IMG/VR virus record: IMGVR_UViG_3300023178_000241
Span: 1 to 25,482 of that record
Length of the DNA: 25,482 nt
Strand: one strand, 5' to 3'
Source: a virus
Lineage: Duplodnaviria > Caudoviricetes
Below the pieces are notes generated by a model. It had not been told where the DNA came from. It worked only from the letters and a program-made list of their open reading frames with translations, and did not search any database. Shown here in pieces: positions 1-9,327 of the stretch. The translations under genes were made by a program, and so were the position numbers. Within the stretch, counting starts at the first letter, position 1. Each line of letters opens with the position of its first letter.

Positions 1-1344
1 TGCATCTCTATCTAATAAATAAGTGGTATGGTCTCCAACCACATCATCTGCTTCTGGTGGCCAGAACGATACTTTATATCTGTTGTTTCGTGGTAAAGAA
101 ATATTGAAATATCCTTTATCATCTGTGTATGTCCAATACCAATAACTTACATCTTTAAATCCTTGATTTTGAATCTTTTGGTCTGATGTTGTTCCTGCAT
201 TTTGTTCATAGTATCTCATATGTTGATACCCTTGTGCAAATGTTCCATACTCATCATAAGTTCCCATAACATCATCGTTTAAAGACTCATCTGTTAAACT
301 TGATGGATAATTAATATCTCTTATGTTTCTCCAATTAGAAAGATTATCTGGATTAGTTTCATCTACTTCAAAGATAACTTTCATCATAGCATATTTGTTT
401 TGTGAGAAATCTTCACCTGTATCTTTTACTCCATCTTTATCAGTATCAATCCATTCACCAATGTATCTTAAGTATCCCTCAAGTTGCACAAGTTTTGGAT
501 GTAGTGTGATATCTCCACGAGCACCACCATTATAAGTTCTTTCTGCTGAATAATAATCACCCCAATTACCATCAATATAAACTTTAGAATCTAAAAGATA
601 ATCATCTGAAACATATGTGTAGTATCCCTCATCACCATCGTATTGAGTTGCAACTCTAAATGCTCTTGGTGCAAAATCATCTACAACATCATTGATTAAA
701 AAATTAAATTTTAATACTTGTGCTTGAACACCATCCCCATCACCAAAAGTAACATCTGGTGTTCCATCATTATTCGCATCTACTCCGTGTGATACCATAG
801 TTATTCTTAACCAATCGTATCTGTCATCTTCAATACTTTCTTCTATCAATTGTTCAGAACTACCTACTGCTAATGAATCTTGATATCCTACATCATCGTA
901 GTAAACTACTTCAAAAGAATAGTCTGTATCGTTATTTGATGTTTCATCACCTTCAACAAGACCTGAAATGTGTGAACCTTTAATAACTTTTGAATTTCCT
1001 TGTGTCCATGCGTTAACTGCTGTTTCACCTGATTCTACCCAAGTGATTAAGTCATTATCAAATGCTATATCTATTCTGAATGTTGTGATATCTGCACCAT
1101 TATCATCCAAAGTAACTTCCATCTCCAATACTTTATCTCTCCAAATATCAAAGTTATTGTTATCTTCGGCAGGTTTGGTTGCATCTTGTGCTAAGAAATC
1201 ATCTAAATCTTGTGTAACCGAATCTTTCCACCACATTGCTGGTGTAGACCATGTACCTATTTGCTTAACCCTTATGATTGGTGTTTGTGCAGTGGCCATT
1301 CCGACAAAACCCAATAATAAGAGCCAATTTAAAATACTCTTCAT
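1..1344 (-). CDS. Secreted/surface protein, partial (448 codons visible, 3' end outside the window), with signal peptide, cohesin-like region and SdrD-B/prealbumin-like region
   Basis: Not in the ORF track; read manually. ATG at 1344 after AAAGGA, open to base 1. It begins MKSILNWLLLLGFVGMATA|QTPII (Sec signal, A-x-A then Q). Later motifs: VTLDDNGADITTFRIDIAFDNDLI (cohesin-like), WIDTDKDGVKDTGE and TDDKGYFNISLPRNNRYKVSF (SdrD-B-like), and DxDxDG-type loops. Confidence 0.8.
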   Translation of the reverse strand, partial: MKSILNWLLLLGFVGMATAQTPIIRVKQIGTWSTPAMWWKDSVTQDLDDFLAQDATKPAEDNNNFDIWRDKVLEMEVTLDDNGADITTFRIDIAFDNDLITWVESGETAVNAWTQGNSKVIKGSHISGLVEGDETSNNDTDYSFEVVYYDDVGYQDSLAVGSSEQLIEESIEDDRYDWLRITMVSHGVDANNDGTPDVTFGDGDGVQAQVLKFNFLINDVVDDFAPRAFRVATQYDGDEGYYTYVSDDYLLDSKVYIDGNWGDYYSAERTYNGGARGDITLHPKLVQLEGYLRYIGEWIDTDKDGVKDTGEDFSQNKYAMMKVIFEVDETNPDNLSNWRNIRDINYPSSLTDESLNDDVMGTYDEYGTFAQGYQHMRYYEQNAGTTSDQKIQNQGFKDVSYWYWTYTDDKGYFNISLPRNNRYKVSFWPPEADDVVGDHTTYLLDRDA

Positions 1345-1416
1345 GAGTGTTCCTTTATATGTTGTTTGTAATCGTCCCGCGAACTATAACGGGTATTGGT
1401 GTAGCCTTAATTTAGT

Positions 1417-1432
1417 TCATTAATAAATATAA
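1417..1432 (-). promoter_or_regulatory. Putative phage late promoter, copy 1 (TTATATTTATtaATGA)
   Basis: Intergenic, in sense orientation upstream of the secreted-protein gene; 14 of 16 positions identical across four copies. Confidence 0.7.
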
Positions 1433-1455
1433 TATATACTAAAAAGATGATGTTA

Positions 1456-2469
1456 CTATACATCAAAACGAACCACAACTGTAGTGGTTGTATCGAGATT
1501 TAATTTGACTGGTTTTGCCAAACTTCCTATTGCCATTAACTCATTATTATCATTATATAAACCAACTGTAGTTAAATATGGTTTAAATTCTGAATGAGTT
1601 GCAAAGTTTTCATATGATGAAGCTGCGTTGTAAAATGATTTGAAACTACCCGTTCCAGCTCCACTTGGTTGGTCACCTGGTGGGAAGAAGTTACTCATAG
1701 AAACAGTACCTTCTGCTAAAGTTAAACTACCACTCCTATCAAGTGTAGCACTAATGTTCATTGTTTTATTAAATTCATTTGGTTCAACCTCAACAAGATA
1801 TTCGTGTTCATAAATAGTTTGAGTTGCTTTGTATTCTAAGTTATGACCTGTATTGGTTCCTGCATCACTATATGAACCTGTATCTGTTATTATGATTTGT
1901 CCATGTTCATAAATAACATTACCAACTTCTGAACCACTTCCGTTAGATTGAACACCTTGTCTTCTATCAAATGAACTTGATTTGAATGCTGCAAAACTTG
2001 CTGAATATGTATTATCATAGATGTTACCATCAGAGTCATCTCTTAAATCATAAGTTACTCCATTGATAGTAACATCTAATTTTACACTACCTGGTTTTAT
2101 TTTTTCACCAAATAAATTTCTTGGTATTGTGAATACTCTTGCTGTACTATTAAGTTCACGATTCATTTTATTAGAATCATTTCTACCAAAATTACCAAAT
2201 GGGTCGGATTTCCTTTTGTAATACAATTGATTTACAGAGTGCCATGTTGGTAAACTATAGAATGTTCCTAAACTGAATGCACTTGCACTTGGAATATATG
2301 TTCCAAATGATTGAGATGCAGCTGAACTTGATAAGAAGTTATAAGCAGAACCACTTATGGCTTTTAAAGCATAATGTCCGCTACCACTATCGTTATTAGT
2401 TAAACGAAAAGTTTTATTAACTTCAAATGGTTTAATTGACTTATTTGATGGGTCAATGTTTTTTAACAT
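1456..2469 (-). CDS. Virion baseplate/tail-collar-like structural protein (paralog of 2481..3497)
   Basis: 337 aa. C-terminus PYLTTVGLYNDNNELMAIGSLAKPVK...VRFD resembles the phage tail-collar/baseplate fold; shares GEKIKPGS with the neighbour's REKIDPGN. Confidence 0.6.
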   Translation of the reverse strand: MLKNIDPSNKSIKPFEVNKTFRLTNNDSGSGHYALKAISGSAYNFLSSSAASQSFGTYIPSASAFSLGTFYSLPTWHSVNQLYYKRKSDPFGNFGRNDSNKMNRELNSTARVFTIPRNLFGEKIKPGSVKLDVTINGVTYDLRDDSDGNIYDNTYSASFAAFKSSSFDRRQGVQSNGSGSEVGNVIYEHGQIIITDTGSYSDAGTNTGHNLEYKATQTIYEHEYLVEVEPNEFNKTMNISATLDRSGSLTLAEGTVSMSNFFPPGDQPSGAGTGSFKSFYNAASSYENFATHSEFKPYLTTVGLYNDNNELMAIGSLAKPVKLNLDTTTTVVVRFDV

Positions 2470-2480
2470 TTAGATTCCCC

Positions 2481-3497
2481 TTAGAAGTCGAGTTTAACCT
2501 TAATTACAGCTTCCCTTGAGTATGATTTTAATATTGGTTTACTTAATTTAGCAATTGCCAACAATTCATTATCATCATTATAAAGACCTACAGTTGTAAT
2601 ATATGTTTTAGGGTCTTTATAAAATGTTCCTTGAACAAATCCACCATCTGAACCAGTAAAGTAAGTAGGATTAGCACTGAAGTTATACTTCTTATTATTT
2701 ACCCTACAGAAGAAGTTAGTAGAACTAATCTCTTCCTCTCTACGAACTTGGAATTTTCCACCATCTGATAAACTCTGAAAGAATTTTGCTGGATTATTAT
2801 CAAATGTATCTGAACTTCTTGCAGTACCCATAGATGCACTTGCATCTAATTGAGAAGCATCTAAGATAATAATTCCTAAATCAGGATAGAAATTACCAAA
2901 ACATCCACCTGGTTGATTAGTTGCTGTTGTGTTGACTACACCAACTCCTGTCTCAAGTGAACCACTAACAATATTAAATACTCTTCCACCCTCATTGACT
3001 GTTGGATTATTTGAAGCTCCACTATCATCAATCAACTTAAGACCTGTAGTACCGAGTTTTAATTCCCAATTACCTGGGTCAATCTTTTCTCTCATACGAG
3101 CTCTGTTAAATGATATAAAATAAAAATCATTTGAAGCTGATGTGTGTGATGTAAAAGTAAATTTATTTGTGTTTGGTGGTAATATAATGTTTCTAAATTG
3201 TCGATACATTGTAGCTGTTTCTCTACCACCTGTAGTTAATTTTGTTGTGTTACCTGCTGAACCACTACCATTAATATTTGCATATCCAATATCAAACTGA
3301 ATTTCTGCTGTTGTTGGTGATGATGCAGGATTTTGGTGATAAACACTTACATGAGAAGCACTTACCGCACCTGCAGTAGATGAACTAAAGAATGAACTTA
3401 ATGTTCCTGTTCCACCACTAAACAATCCACTTGATACTTTGGTTCGTTGGTTTTCAACTACATCGTTTTCAAAATCGAATCTTGTAAATACTGACAT
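2481..3497 (-). CDS. Virion baseplate/tail-collar-like structural protein
   Basis: 338 aa, AAGGAG SD; C-terminus TYITTVGLYNDDNELLAIAKLSKPILK...VKLDF; S/T/G-rich. Confidence 0.6.
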   Translation of the reverse strand: MSVFTRFDFENDVVENQRTKVSSGLFSGGTGTLSSFFSSSTAGAVSASHVSVYHQNPASSPTTAEIQFDIGYANINGSGSAGNTTKLTTGGRETATMYRQFRNIILPPNTNKFTFTSHTSASNDFYFISFNRARMREKIDPGNWELKLGTTGLKLIDDSGASNNPTVNEGGRVFNIVSGSLETGVGVVNTTATNQPGGCFGNFYPDLGIIILDASQLDASASMGTARSSDTFDNNPAKFFQSLSDGGKFQVRREEEISSTNFFCRVNNKKYNFSANPTYFTGSDGGFVQGTFYKDPKTYITTVGLYNDDNELLAIAKLSKPILKSYSREAVIKVKLDF

Positions 3498-3507
3498 CTT
3501 CTACTCC

Positions 3508-4359
3508 TTATAATCTACTTGGGTCAGCTTTAATAGTTACTGCCACATTAAATGTAGCACCACTATCTAAACCTACCACGGTTACATTTGTTGAAGATTG
3601 TGTAGTTACAGAACGAGAAACGATATTCATTGATTTACCAGTAACAGTAATTGCTCTTTTTCTCTCTTCTTCTGCAACGAATACGGGAGTAGTAGCACCT
3701 GTGTTTACTTGTAAATCTTCAATTTCTTTTCTGATTATAAAATCATCTTCCAATCTGCTAAGTCTTCTAGCACCTCTTCCTGCAAATCTTGCTGGTAGTC
3801 TACCATCTGGTAAAGGTGCTAATGGAAGGCCTTGATTTCTTCCAAACCCTCTTCCAGCTGGTCTTCCTCTGCCAAACTTTGAGCGTATGTTTGGGCGTAG
3901 ACCGATAGGGATAAGGTCTTTTTTAGCCACCACAACAGGTGTTAAATTTGCTATTGTTGCATCATGTAAAGTGAAACTATATCCACTTTCATTATCACTA
4001 CCATTTCTTGTATTTGGTGTGATTGTTTGTGTTAAACCAGGTCCATTGAAAGTTAAACTTGGTGATGGGACTTCAAGTATTGGAAGTTTAGCGGTATTCT
4101 TAGGTAAAGAAACCAACTTATACCTCATAACTTGATTCTCATCAACAAAAGCTTCCAACAATGGCATGTTTTCAATTACAGCTCCATAGTAATTACTACC
4201 GTTTGGATGAGCTGTATCCCACAAACTGTAATCAATCTCATCATCTGCTAACGCAAACTTTGTGATTCTGAACTCGTCTTGCCCTCTTGCCAATAATTCT
4301 CGACCTTTCTTGGTAAGAACAGCATCAACGGTTACGCTTGTATTATTTAGAAATCCCAT
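3508..4359 (-). CDS. Baseplate/tail-fibre attachment-like structural protein with an Arg/Gly-rich insert
   Basis: 283 aa, AAAGGAG SD; N-terminal LTKKGRELLA...ITKFALADD is typical of tail-collar/tail-fibre N-termini. Confidence 0.55.
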   Translation of the reverse strand: MGFLNNTSVTVDAVLTKKGRELLARGQDEFRITKFALADDEIDYSLWDTAHPNGSNYYGAVIENMPLLEAFVDENQVMRYKLVSLPKNTAKLPILEVPSPSLTFNGPGLTQTITPNTRNGSDNESGYSFTLHDATIANLTPVVVAKKDLIPIGLRPNIRSKFGRGRPAGRGFGRNQGLPLAPLPDGRLPARFAGRGARRLSRLEDDFIIRKEIEDLQVNTGATTPVFVAEEERKRAITVTGKSMNIVSRSVTTQSSTNVTVVGLDSGATFNVAVTIKADPSRL

Positions 4360-4394
4360 TTTTTACTCCTTTGATTAAATTGAGATGGATAACC

Positions 4395-4410
4395 TCATAG
4401 ATAAATATAA
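4395..4410 (-). promoter_or_regulatory. Putative phage late promoter, copy 2 (TTATATTTATctATGA)
   Basis: Intergenic, upstream of 3508..4359. Confidence 0.7.
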
Positions 4411-4435
4411 ACATCCTACACTTTTCATCAAAATA

Positions 4436-7400
4436 TTATACATCTGTTTTTAATTTTGATTCGCCACTATCGGTGGTAACCAATTTAGTAGGTGATGTTA
4501 TAGTTATCTCAACAGGTTCTCCCCCATCAATCGTATTATCTTTTGTTAATATATTTCCTTTATAAAAAAGTCTAAATAGTTTTGAGTCGTATGCCATACT
4601 CTGAAATTCTGCTGGTTCAAATGATGAACTATTAGGATTATCAGTTACGGCATCTAACGAACTCGTATAAATTTTATATTTAATTTCATTGTGTTCACTT
4701 AATCTTGATGAGCTAACAAAGGTTTGAAGTGTTTCTGTAAATGAATCAGCACTTCCATTAAATGTAACACTTGCAGTTGCGTATAAACTACCATATTCAC
4801 TTCGTGGGTCTATTTCGTTTAATCGTATTAACGATGGTAATGATATAGTTCCAAGTGAACCACTTTCATTATTATGTACATTTAATACGCCATTAGTTGG
4901 ATAAGTACTATTACTTTGTCCAAATAATCTATATTCACCATTTAAACTGAATGGTGGATGTCCAATCGAACTTGTTTCCCTTGAACTTAATTGTAATCCA
5001 AAATCAAAGTGTCCTGCATTTTCATAATATACATTTTCAAACTCTGGTGGTTTACCAACTACTTGTTTACTTCTTTCTAAAACATTTGGTTCTATCAACA
5101 CACCCAATGTTGATTTAGCTCTTGCTGGAACCATCTTTCTTATTTGTTGCCAAATTCCACCATCATAAAAATTTATAATTCTTAAGTAATCCCAAAAGTT
5201 ATTTGTACGAGAATATTTTTTCCAATAAGTTCTTTGTATAGAACCTAACCCTCTATAAGTATCTTTGTATTGGTCTCTTGGGTCTCCAACATAATCATCA
5301 AAGTTAAAATCAGCTATACTATATGCAATATCCTCATTCACGATATCTGTTGGTGAAAAATATACTCCTAACTTATTACTATCCACAGGTGCAAAATCTT
5401 GTGATGATTGTTCTCTACGAACATTAGATGCTAATGGACCACTTAATGTTGTATCTTCAATTCTAATCTTGGTTGCGTTTCTACGATTAGGACCTAAATT
5501 AGGAACTCTTAATTGTTCTAAATCTACTAAACTTCTAAAATTATTACCAGTAAAATTGTGAGCACTTGCACTCGTATGATAAGATTTAATATATGATTTA
5601 TCTTGAGATGCACTTGTGTATGTTTGATAACTAACATTATTATCTAATGGTAATCTGAAAATTAAATTATCATAAAATGATGAAGTGGTATTACCATTAT
5701 ATGTTTTTGGTGCTCTAACATGATTCTCAAATACACTTTGTGATAATGGTTCACTCCATAATCTGAACTCCATTAATGAACCACTAAATTGTGTTCCAAA
5801 GTTTGTACCATCACCACCAATATAAAAATCTTCACTACTTGAAAATGCTGAATTAAATGCTGCACCTGCTGCAGTATTACCATCAATATCTATACTTTCA
5901 CTTGATGAGAATAATACAACTTCTCTTGTGGAATCATATTGTCTTGTGGTTAATTCATATGTGATATCTTGTGTGATTGTATCATTACTTAAATCTAAAC
6001 CACTTGATGAAACTCTGGTTAACATCACACTCCACATATCATCATTATAAAATGGATGTAGTGATGATGTAATGTATTGAACACCTGTAGAAGCACTAAC
6101 TGCAAATCTTAAATAACCATAATCATCAGTTGCTCCGTTATCTTGTAATTGGATTGCCCACTTATCACCACTCTGTACAATTGTTTGGTCTTTTGATTTA
6201 GGACTTCTAAATCTAAACTCAACCGTCTCTGGTACTTTACTACTTACTTGTTTCCAAGGCAATCTTAAATACTCACTTGATTTAAAATCTAATGCATATG
6301 TGAACTTTCTTTTTATTTCATAATTAACCGCTGTACCTTTATCAGGTCCACCATATTCTCTAACTCTTAATATAGAACTTGGAATACCATAACAATTTAG
6401 TAATCCTTGTATAGCTCTTTTTGTTCCTTTTGTTTTCATAAAGTATGGTGTATTTGCTAATATTCGTTTCCATATTTCTTCTGTTACTTCTTCTTGTGGT
6501 GATTCATATAAAGCACTACCATCAGTTTCCTTACCCAACTTATAATGTGGTAGTATTAATAAATCATTACCATTTGTTACTTCGAATCCAGCACTTTTAG
6601 CAACTTCTCTAACAATATCTTTTGAAATACCCTCACTTAATTTACTTACTCTTTCATTAATATCGGTAAAGTGTCTTAAGTAAACATATATCTCATCAAA
6701 TTGTTGTCCAATCATATCCATAAAGTTCAAGAAATAATTGTTTTCTGTATCTGCAGTAACATGAAGTGGTAAGTTATTTACTAATCGTTCACGATTTAAA
6801 TCATCATACGCTTTAGCATATCCAGTCCAAGTACTATACCAATCTGTAGCAGCGGAAGCACTTGTGTGTGTTAATATGTATGGTGATGATGAATTATCTT
6901 TTGGCCAAGTTGCACTATAGAACTCACCTACTGAACTCGATACATAAGAACCACTTTGTGTATATAGATAATTTTCATAAGGGTCAAATGAATTTATAAC
7001 TCTTCTCTTTTTGTTATCGTATTCATTTGTAGTTCCACTTGAACCTGTAACATTGTTTAAAGCTAAACTTTGTGAAGTATAGGTTTGTATTAAATCTAAT
7101 TTCTTTTTAAAGTTTTTAATTCTTTTTTCTGCACTTCCAAACTGAACAAAATTACCAAAACCATAATCAGTAACTAATGGGTCTATAGAATCTGTTCGTT
7201 TTGAATAATCTACATTTACTTGTACATCTAATAAACTTGATGATAAAATTAAATTTTGAACATCTTCTTTTACACCAGTATCCGTTCCTATCAAATCGTT
7301 AAATGAATTAAAATTAGTTCCTCTAAAATTAACAGGATTATTTACTGAATTAAAATCTGGTAATCTTAAAAATAAAAGTTCTTCTTCACTATCTACAAAT

Positions 7401-9325
7401 TCAAATAATTTAATTGAATCAACATATGGTTCCATTTTTTCTTCTACAAAATAACACAAATCCATTGTTTCAATTTGTGGTGGTAATGGTTGATATAACT
7501 TTACAAATCTTGATTCAGGATTATCTGGATTAGGAATCATATTTGTAATCAAATTATAAGTTCCCTCTGCAACTAAATATGTATTTAATCTTTCAACTTG
7601 GTGTTTAATATACTGAACCATAAAATCTTGGTAAATATCTTTTGATGTATCTTCACCAATATTTTTATTCTCTAATGACATATCTTCCCAAGATTTATTA
7701 ACACGAACTCTATTATGGTCTAACACCTCAATAATTTTTGCTTTATAATCAACAGATACTACTTCACGAATCTCTGGTATTACAATTGGTAGAGGTGTGT
7801 TTCGAGAAACCTTTATTTGTTTTACAATTTCTTTTGTTGTTAATGTTGGAACAACTCTATCCATAACAACTTCATTATCACTAACAAAAGGTGTACTCTT
7901 TGGAGTAGAATATCCACTTACCTCAGGTATAGCGTCATAAGTAAGACCACCTTCATCAGTAAATCCACTTTCCCCATCCATACTATTGTAATTACCACCG
8001 CCAGGTATTGGTCCTGCAGGTCTTAACATTTTAAATCTATTTCTTGATTCAAAAAATCTTTCTTTCCAAGATTTATTATTATCAGATTTCCATTTGTTTA
8101 ATGTAGCACTCACTACATTATCTGCATATATAGTGTGATGTTTATCTAATAATAAATTCCAAACATCAGTAGGTTCTCCATGAAATTCTTTACCAAGTTC
8201 ACTTGCAAGATACCAACTACCCTTGTGAAATATTGGATGACTATTTGTTGTAATGAGTTTACCAAATTTTACAAACTTATCTCCATAAGGTAAGTTTTCT
8301 TTTGTTACTTTTAATACTTTTGCATACCCTTGTTGAGTTTTAACTTTCATACCTGGTTTCATCATCTTGATTGATATGGTACGATTATTACTTAACTTTA
8401 CTTTTGTATCTCCAACAAAACAAACACCTGAATAATCATCCCAACCATAAACTATATCTTCTTCTGGTAACTCTTCTCTAAAATCCTCAACAATATCTAC
8501 AAAAGGTGTTGGTACTTTATCTTTAATTTGTTTTTTTACATAATCCACATCCAATATATCAATTGGGTCTGGTGGTGGTGGGTCAGGATATATAATTTCT
8601 TCCTCTTGAATAATACGACCATTGACTTCATAAATACCTTGAATTGATATTTCACCCCCAACCATCGCATCAGTAAATCCTCTATCTTTTTCATCAAAGT
8701 TTCCAACTAATACATAAGGGTCTGTTAAATCAAATCTAATTGTTCCCGCATCATTATCAGGAAGTTTAGTAGGTGTATAATTTATAATTCTATTTATTTC
8801 TTTTAAATTTTTTCTATAGATTCCATTCTTAATATCTTGATAATTAATTTCTACTTCGGTTCTATCTTGAGATATTTTTTTGAAAACATATTTCATTTCC
8901 TTTGGAAATATTTCAGTTAATTCTGCTTGTGAATTTCTATTACCAAATTTTTTAGTAGAGAAATATTTTGTTACTCCATTTACTACTTTAGTTTGTATTT
9001 TACCTCTATGAATTTCACCATAATCATTTATAAAAACCGTATCATCTTTACCTGCTATTCTTCTAAGGAATAAATATTGAACTGAAAACTCTCCTTGTGA
9101 ATATCCAAGTTCTCTTAAGTGAGTTCCAATATCTAAATTAATTGTTTTTTCATCAGTAAAATCAACTACATTTGTTGGAAATATTTCATCTTCTACAAGA
9201 GTACCTTGTTTATTATAAACATACAAATGAATATAATCACGACTATCTCTTCCAAAACCAGAATATAAATTCTTTTTGGATTCTAATTGTTCTCTATCTT
9301 TAGGTGTTAATCCGTAATTAATCAT
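4436..9325 (-). CDS. Large baseplate wedge-like structural protein with an internal Hint domain and a LamG/concanavalin A-like domain
   Basis: 1629 aa. KGTKRAIQGLLNCYG resembles the P2 gpI/T4 gp7-like wedge motif. LamG region runs TVEFRFR...FYIGG...FSGSLMEFRLWSEPLS (approx 5740-6300). Hint domain starts at C302. Confidence 0.7.
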   Translation of the reverse strand: MINYGLTPKDREQLESKKNLYSGFGRDSRDYIHLYVYNKQGTLVEDEIFPTNVVDFTDEKTINLDIGTHLRELGYSQGEFSVQYLFLRRIAGKDDTVFINDYGEIHRGKIQTKVVNGVTKYFSTKKFGNRNSQAELTEIFPKEMKYVFKKISQDRTEVEINYQDIKNGIYRKNLKEINRIINYTPTKLPDNDAGTIRFDLTDPYVLVGNFDEKDRGFTDAMVGGEISIQGIYEVNGRIIQEEEIIYPDPPPPDPIDILDVDYVKKQIKDKVPTPFVDIVEDFREELPEEDIVYGWDDYSGVCFVGDTKVKLSNNRTISIKMMKPGMKVKTQQGYAKVLKVTKENLPYGDKFVKFGKLITTNSHPIFHKGSWYLASELGKEFHGEPTDVWNLLLDKHHTIYADNVVSATLNKWKSDNNKSWKERFFESRNRFKMLRPAGPIPGGGNYNSMDGESGFTDEGGLTYDAIPEVSGYSTPKSTPFVSDNEVVMDRVVPTLTTKEIVKQIKVSRNTPLPIVIPEIREVVSVDYKAKIIEVLDHNRVRVNKSWEDMSLENKNIGEDTSKDIYQDFMVQYIKHQVERLNTYLVAEGTYNLITNMIPNPDNPESRFVKLYQPLPPQIETMDLCYFVEEKMEPYVDSIKLFEFVDSEEELLFLRLPDFNSVNNPVNFRGTNFNSFNDLIGTDTGVKEDVQNLILSSSLLDVQVNVDYSKRTDSIDPLVTDYGFGNFVQFGSAEKRIKNFKKKLDLIQTYTSQSLALNNVTGSSGTTNEYDNKKRRVINSFDPYENYLYTQSGSYVSSSVGEFYSATWPKDNSSSPYILTHTSASAATDWYSTWTGYAKAYDDLNRERLVNNLPLHVTADTENNYFLNFMDMIGQQFDEIYVYLRHFTDINERVSKLSEGISKDIVREVAKSAGFEVTNGNDLLILPHYKLGKETDGSALYESPQEEVTEEIWKRILANTPYFMKTKGTKRAIQGLLNCYGIPSSILRVREYGGPDKGTAVNYEIKRKFTYALDFKSSEYLRLPWKQVSSKVPETVEFRFRSPKSKDQTIVQSGDKWAIQLQDNGATDDYGYLRFAVSASTGVQYITSSLHPFYNDDMWSVMLTRVSSSGLDLSNDTITQDITYELTTRQYDSTREVVLFSSSESIDIDGNTAAGAAFNSAFSSSEDFYIGGDGTNFGTQFSGSLMEFRLWSEPLSQSVFENHVRAPKTYNGNTTSSFYDNLIFRLPLDNNVSYQTYTSASQDKSYIKSYHTSASAHNFTGNNFRSLVDLEQLRVPNLGPNRRNATKIRIEDTTLSGPLASNVRREQSSQDFAPVDSNKLGVYFSPTDIVNEDIAYSIADFNFDDYVGDPRDQYKDTYRGLGSIQRTYWKKYSRTNNFWDYLRIINFYDGGIWQQIRKMVPARAKSTLGVLIEPNVLERSKQVVGKPPEFENVYYENAGHFDFGLQLSSRETSSIGHPPFSLNGEYRLFGQSNSTYPTNGVLNVHNNESGSLGTISLPSLIRLNEIDPRSEYGSLYATASVTFNGSADSFTETLQTFVSSSRLSEHNEIKYKIYTSSLDAVTDNPNSSSFEPAEFQSMAYDSKLFRLFYKGNILTKDNTIDGGEPVEITITSPTKLVTTDSGESKLKTDV
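8096..8422 (-). other. Hedgehog/intein (Hint) domain, Vint/BIL-like, about aa 302-410
   Basis: Block A CFVGDTKV, block B TTNSHP (TxxH), block F-like VWNLLLDKHHTIYADNVV, ending SATLN instead of HN-C/S/T. Confidence 0.8.
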
Positions 9326-9327
9326 TA

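Noticed and set aside
323-1423. Plus-strand ORFs 323..535 and 968..1423
   Set aside because: Antisense shadows of the minus-strand gene 1..1344, which has an SD, a signal peptide and recognisable motifs.
8096-8422. Canonical mobile intein
   Set aside because: No homing endonuclease and no terminal His-Asn followed by Cys/Ser/Thr; treated as a Hint domain instead.
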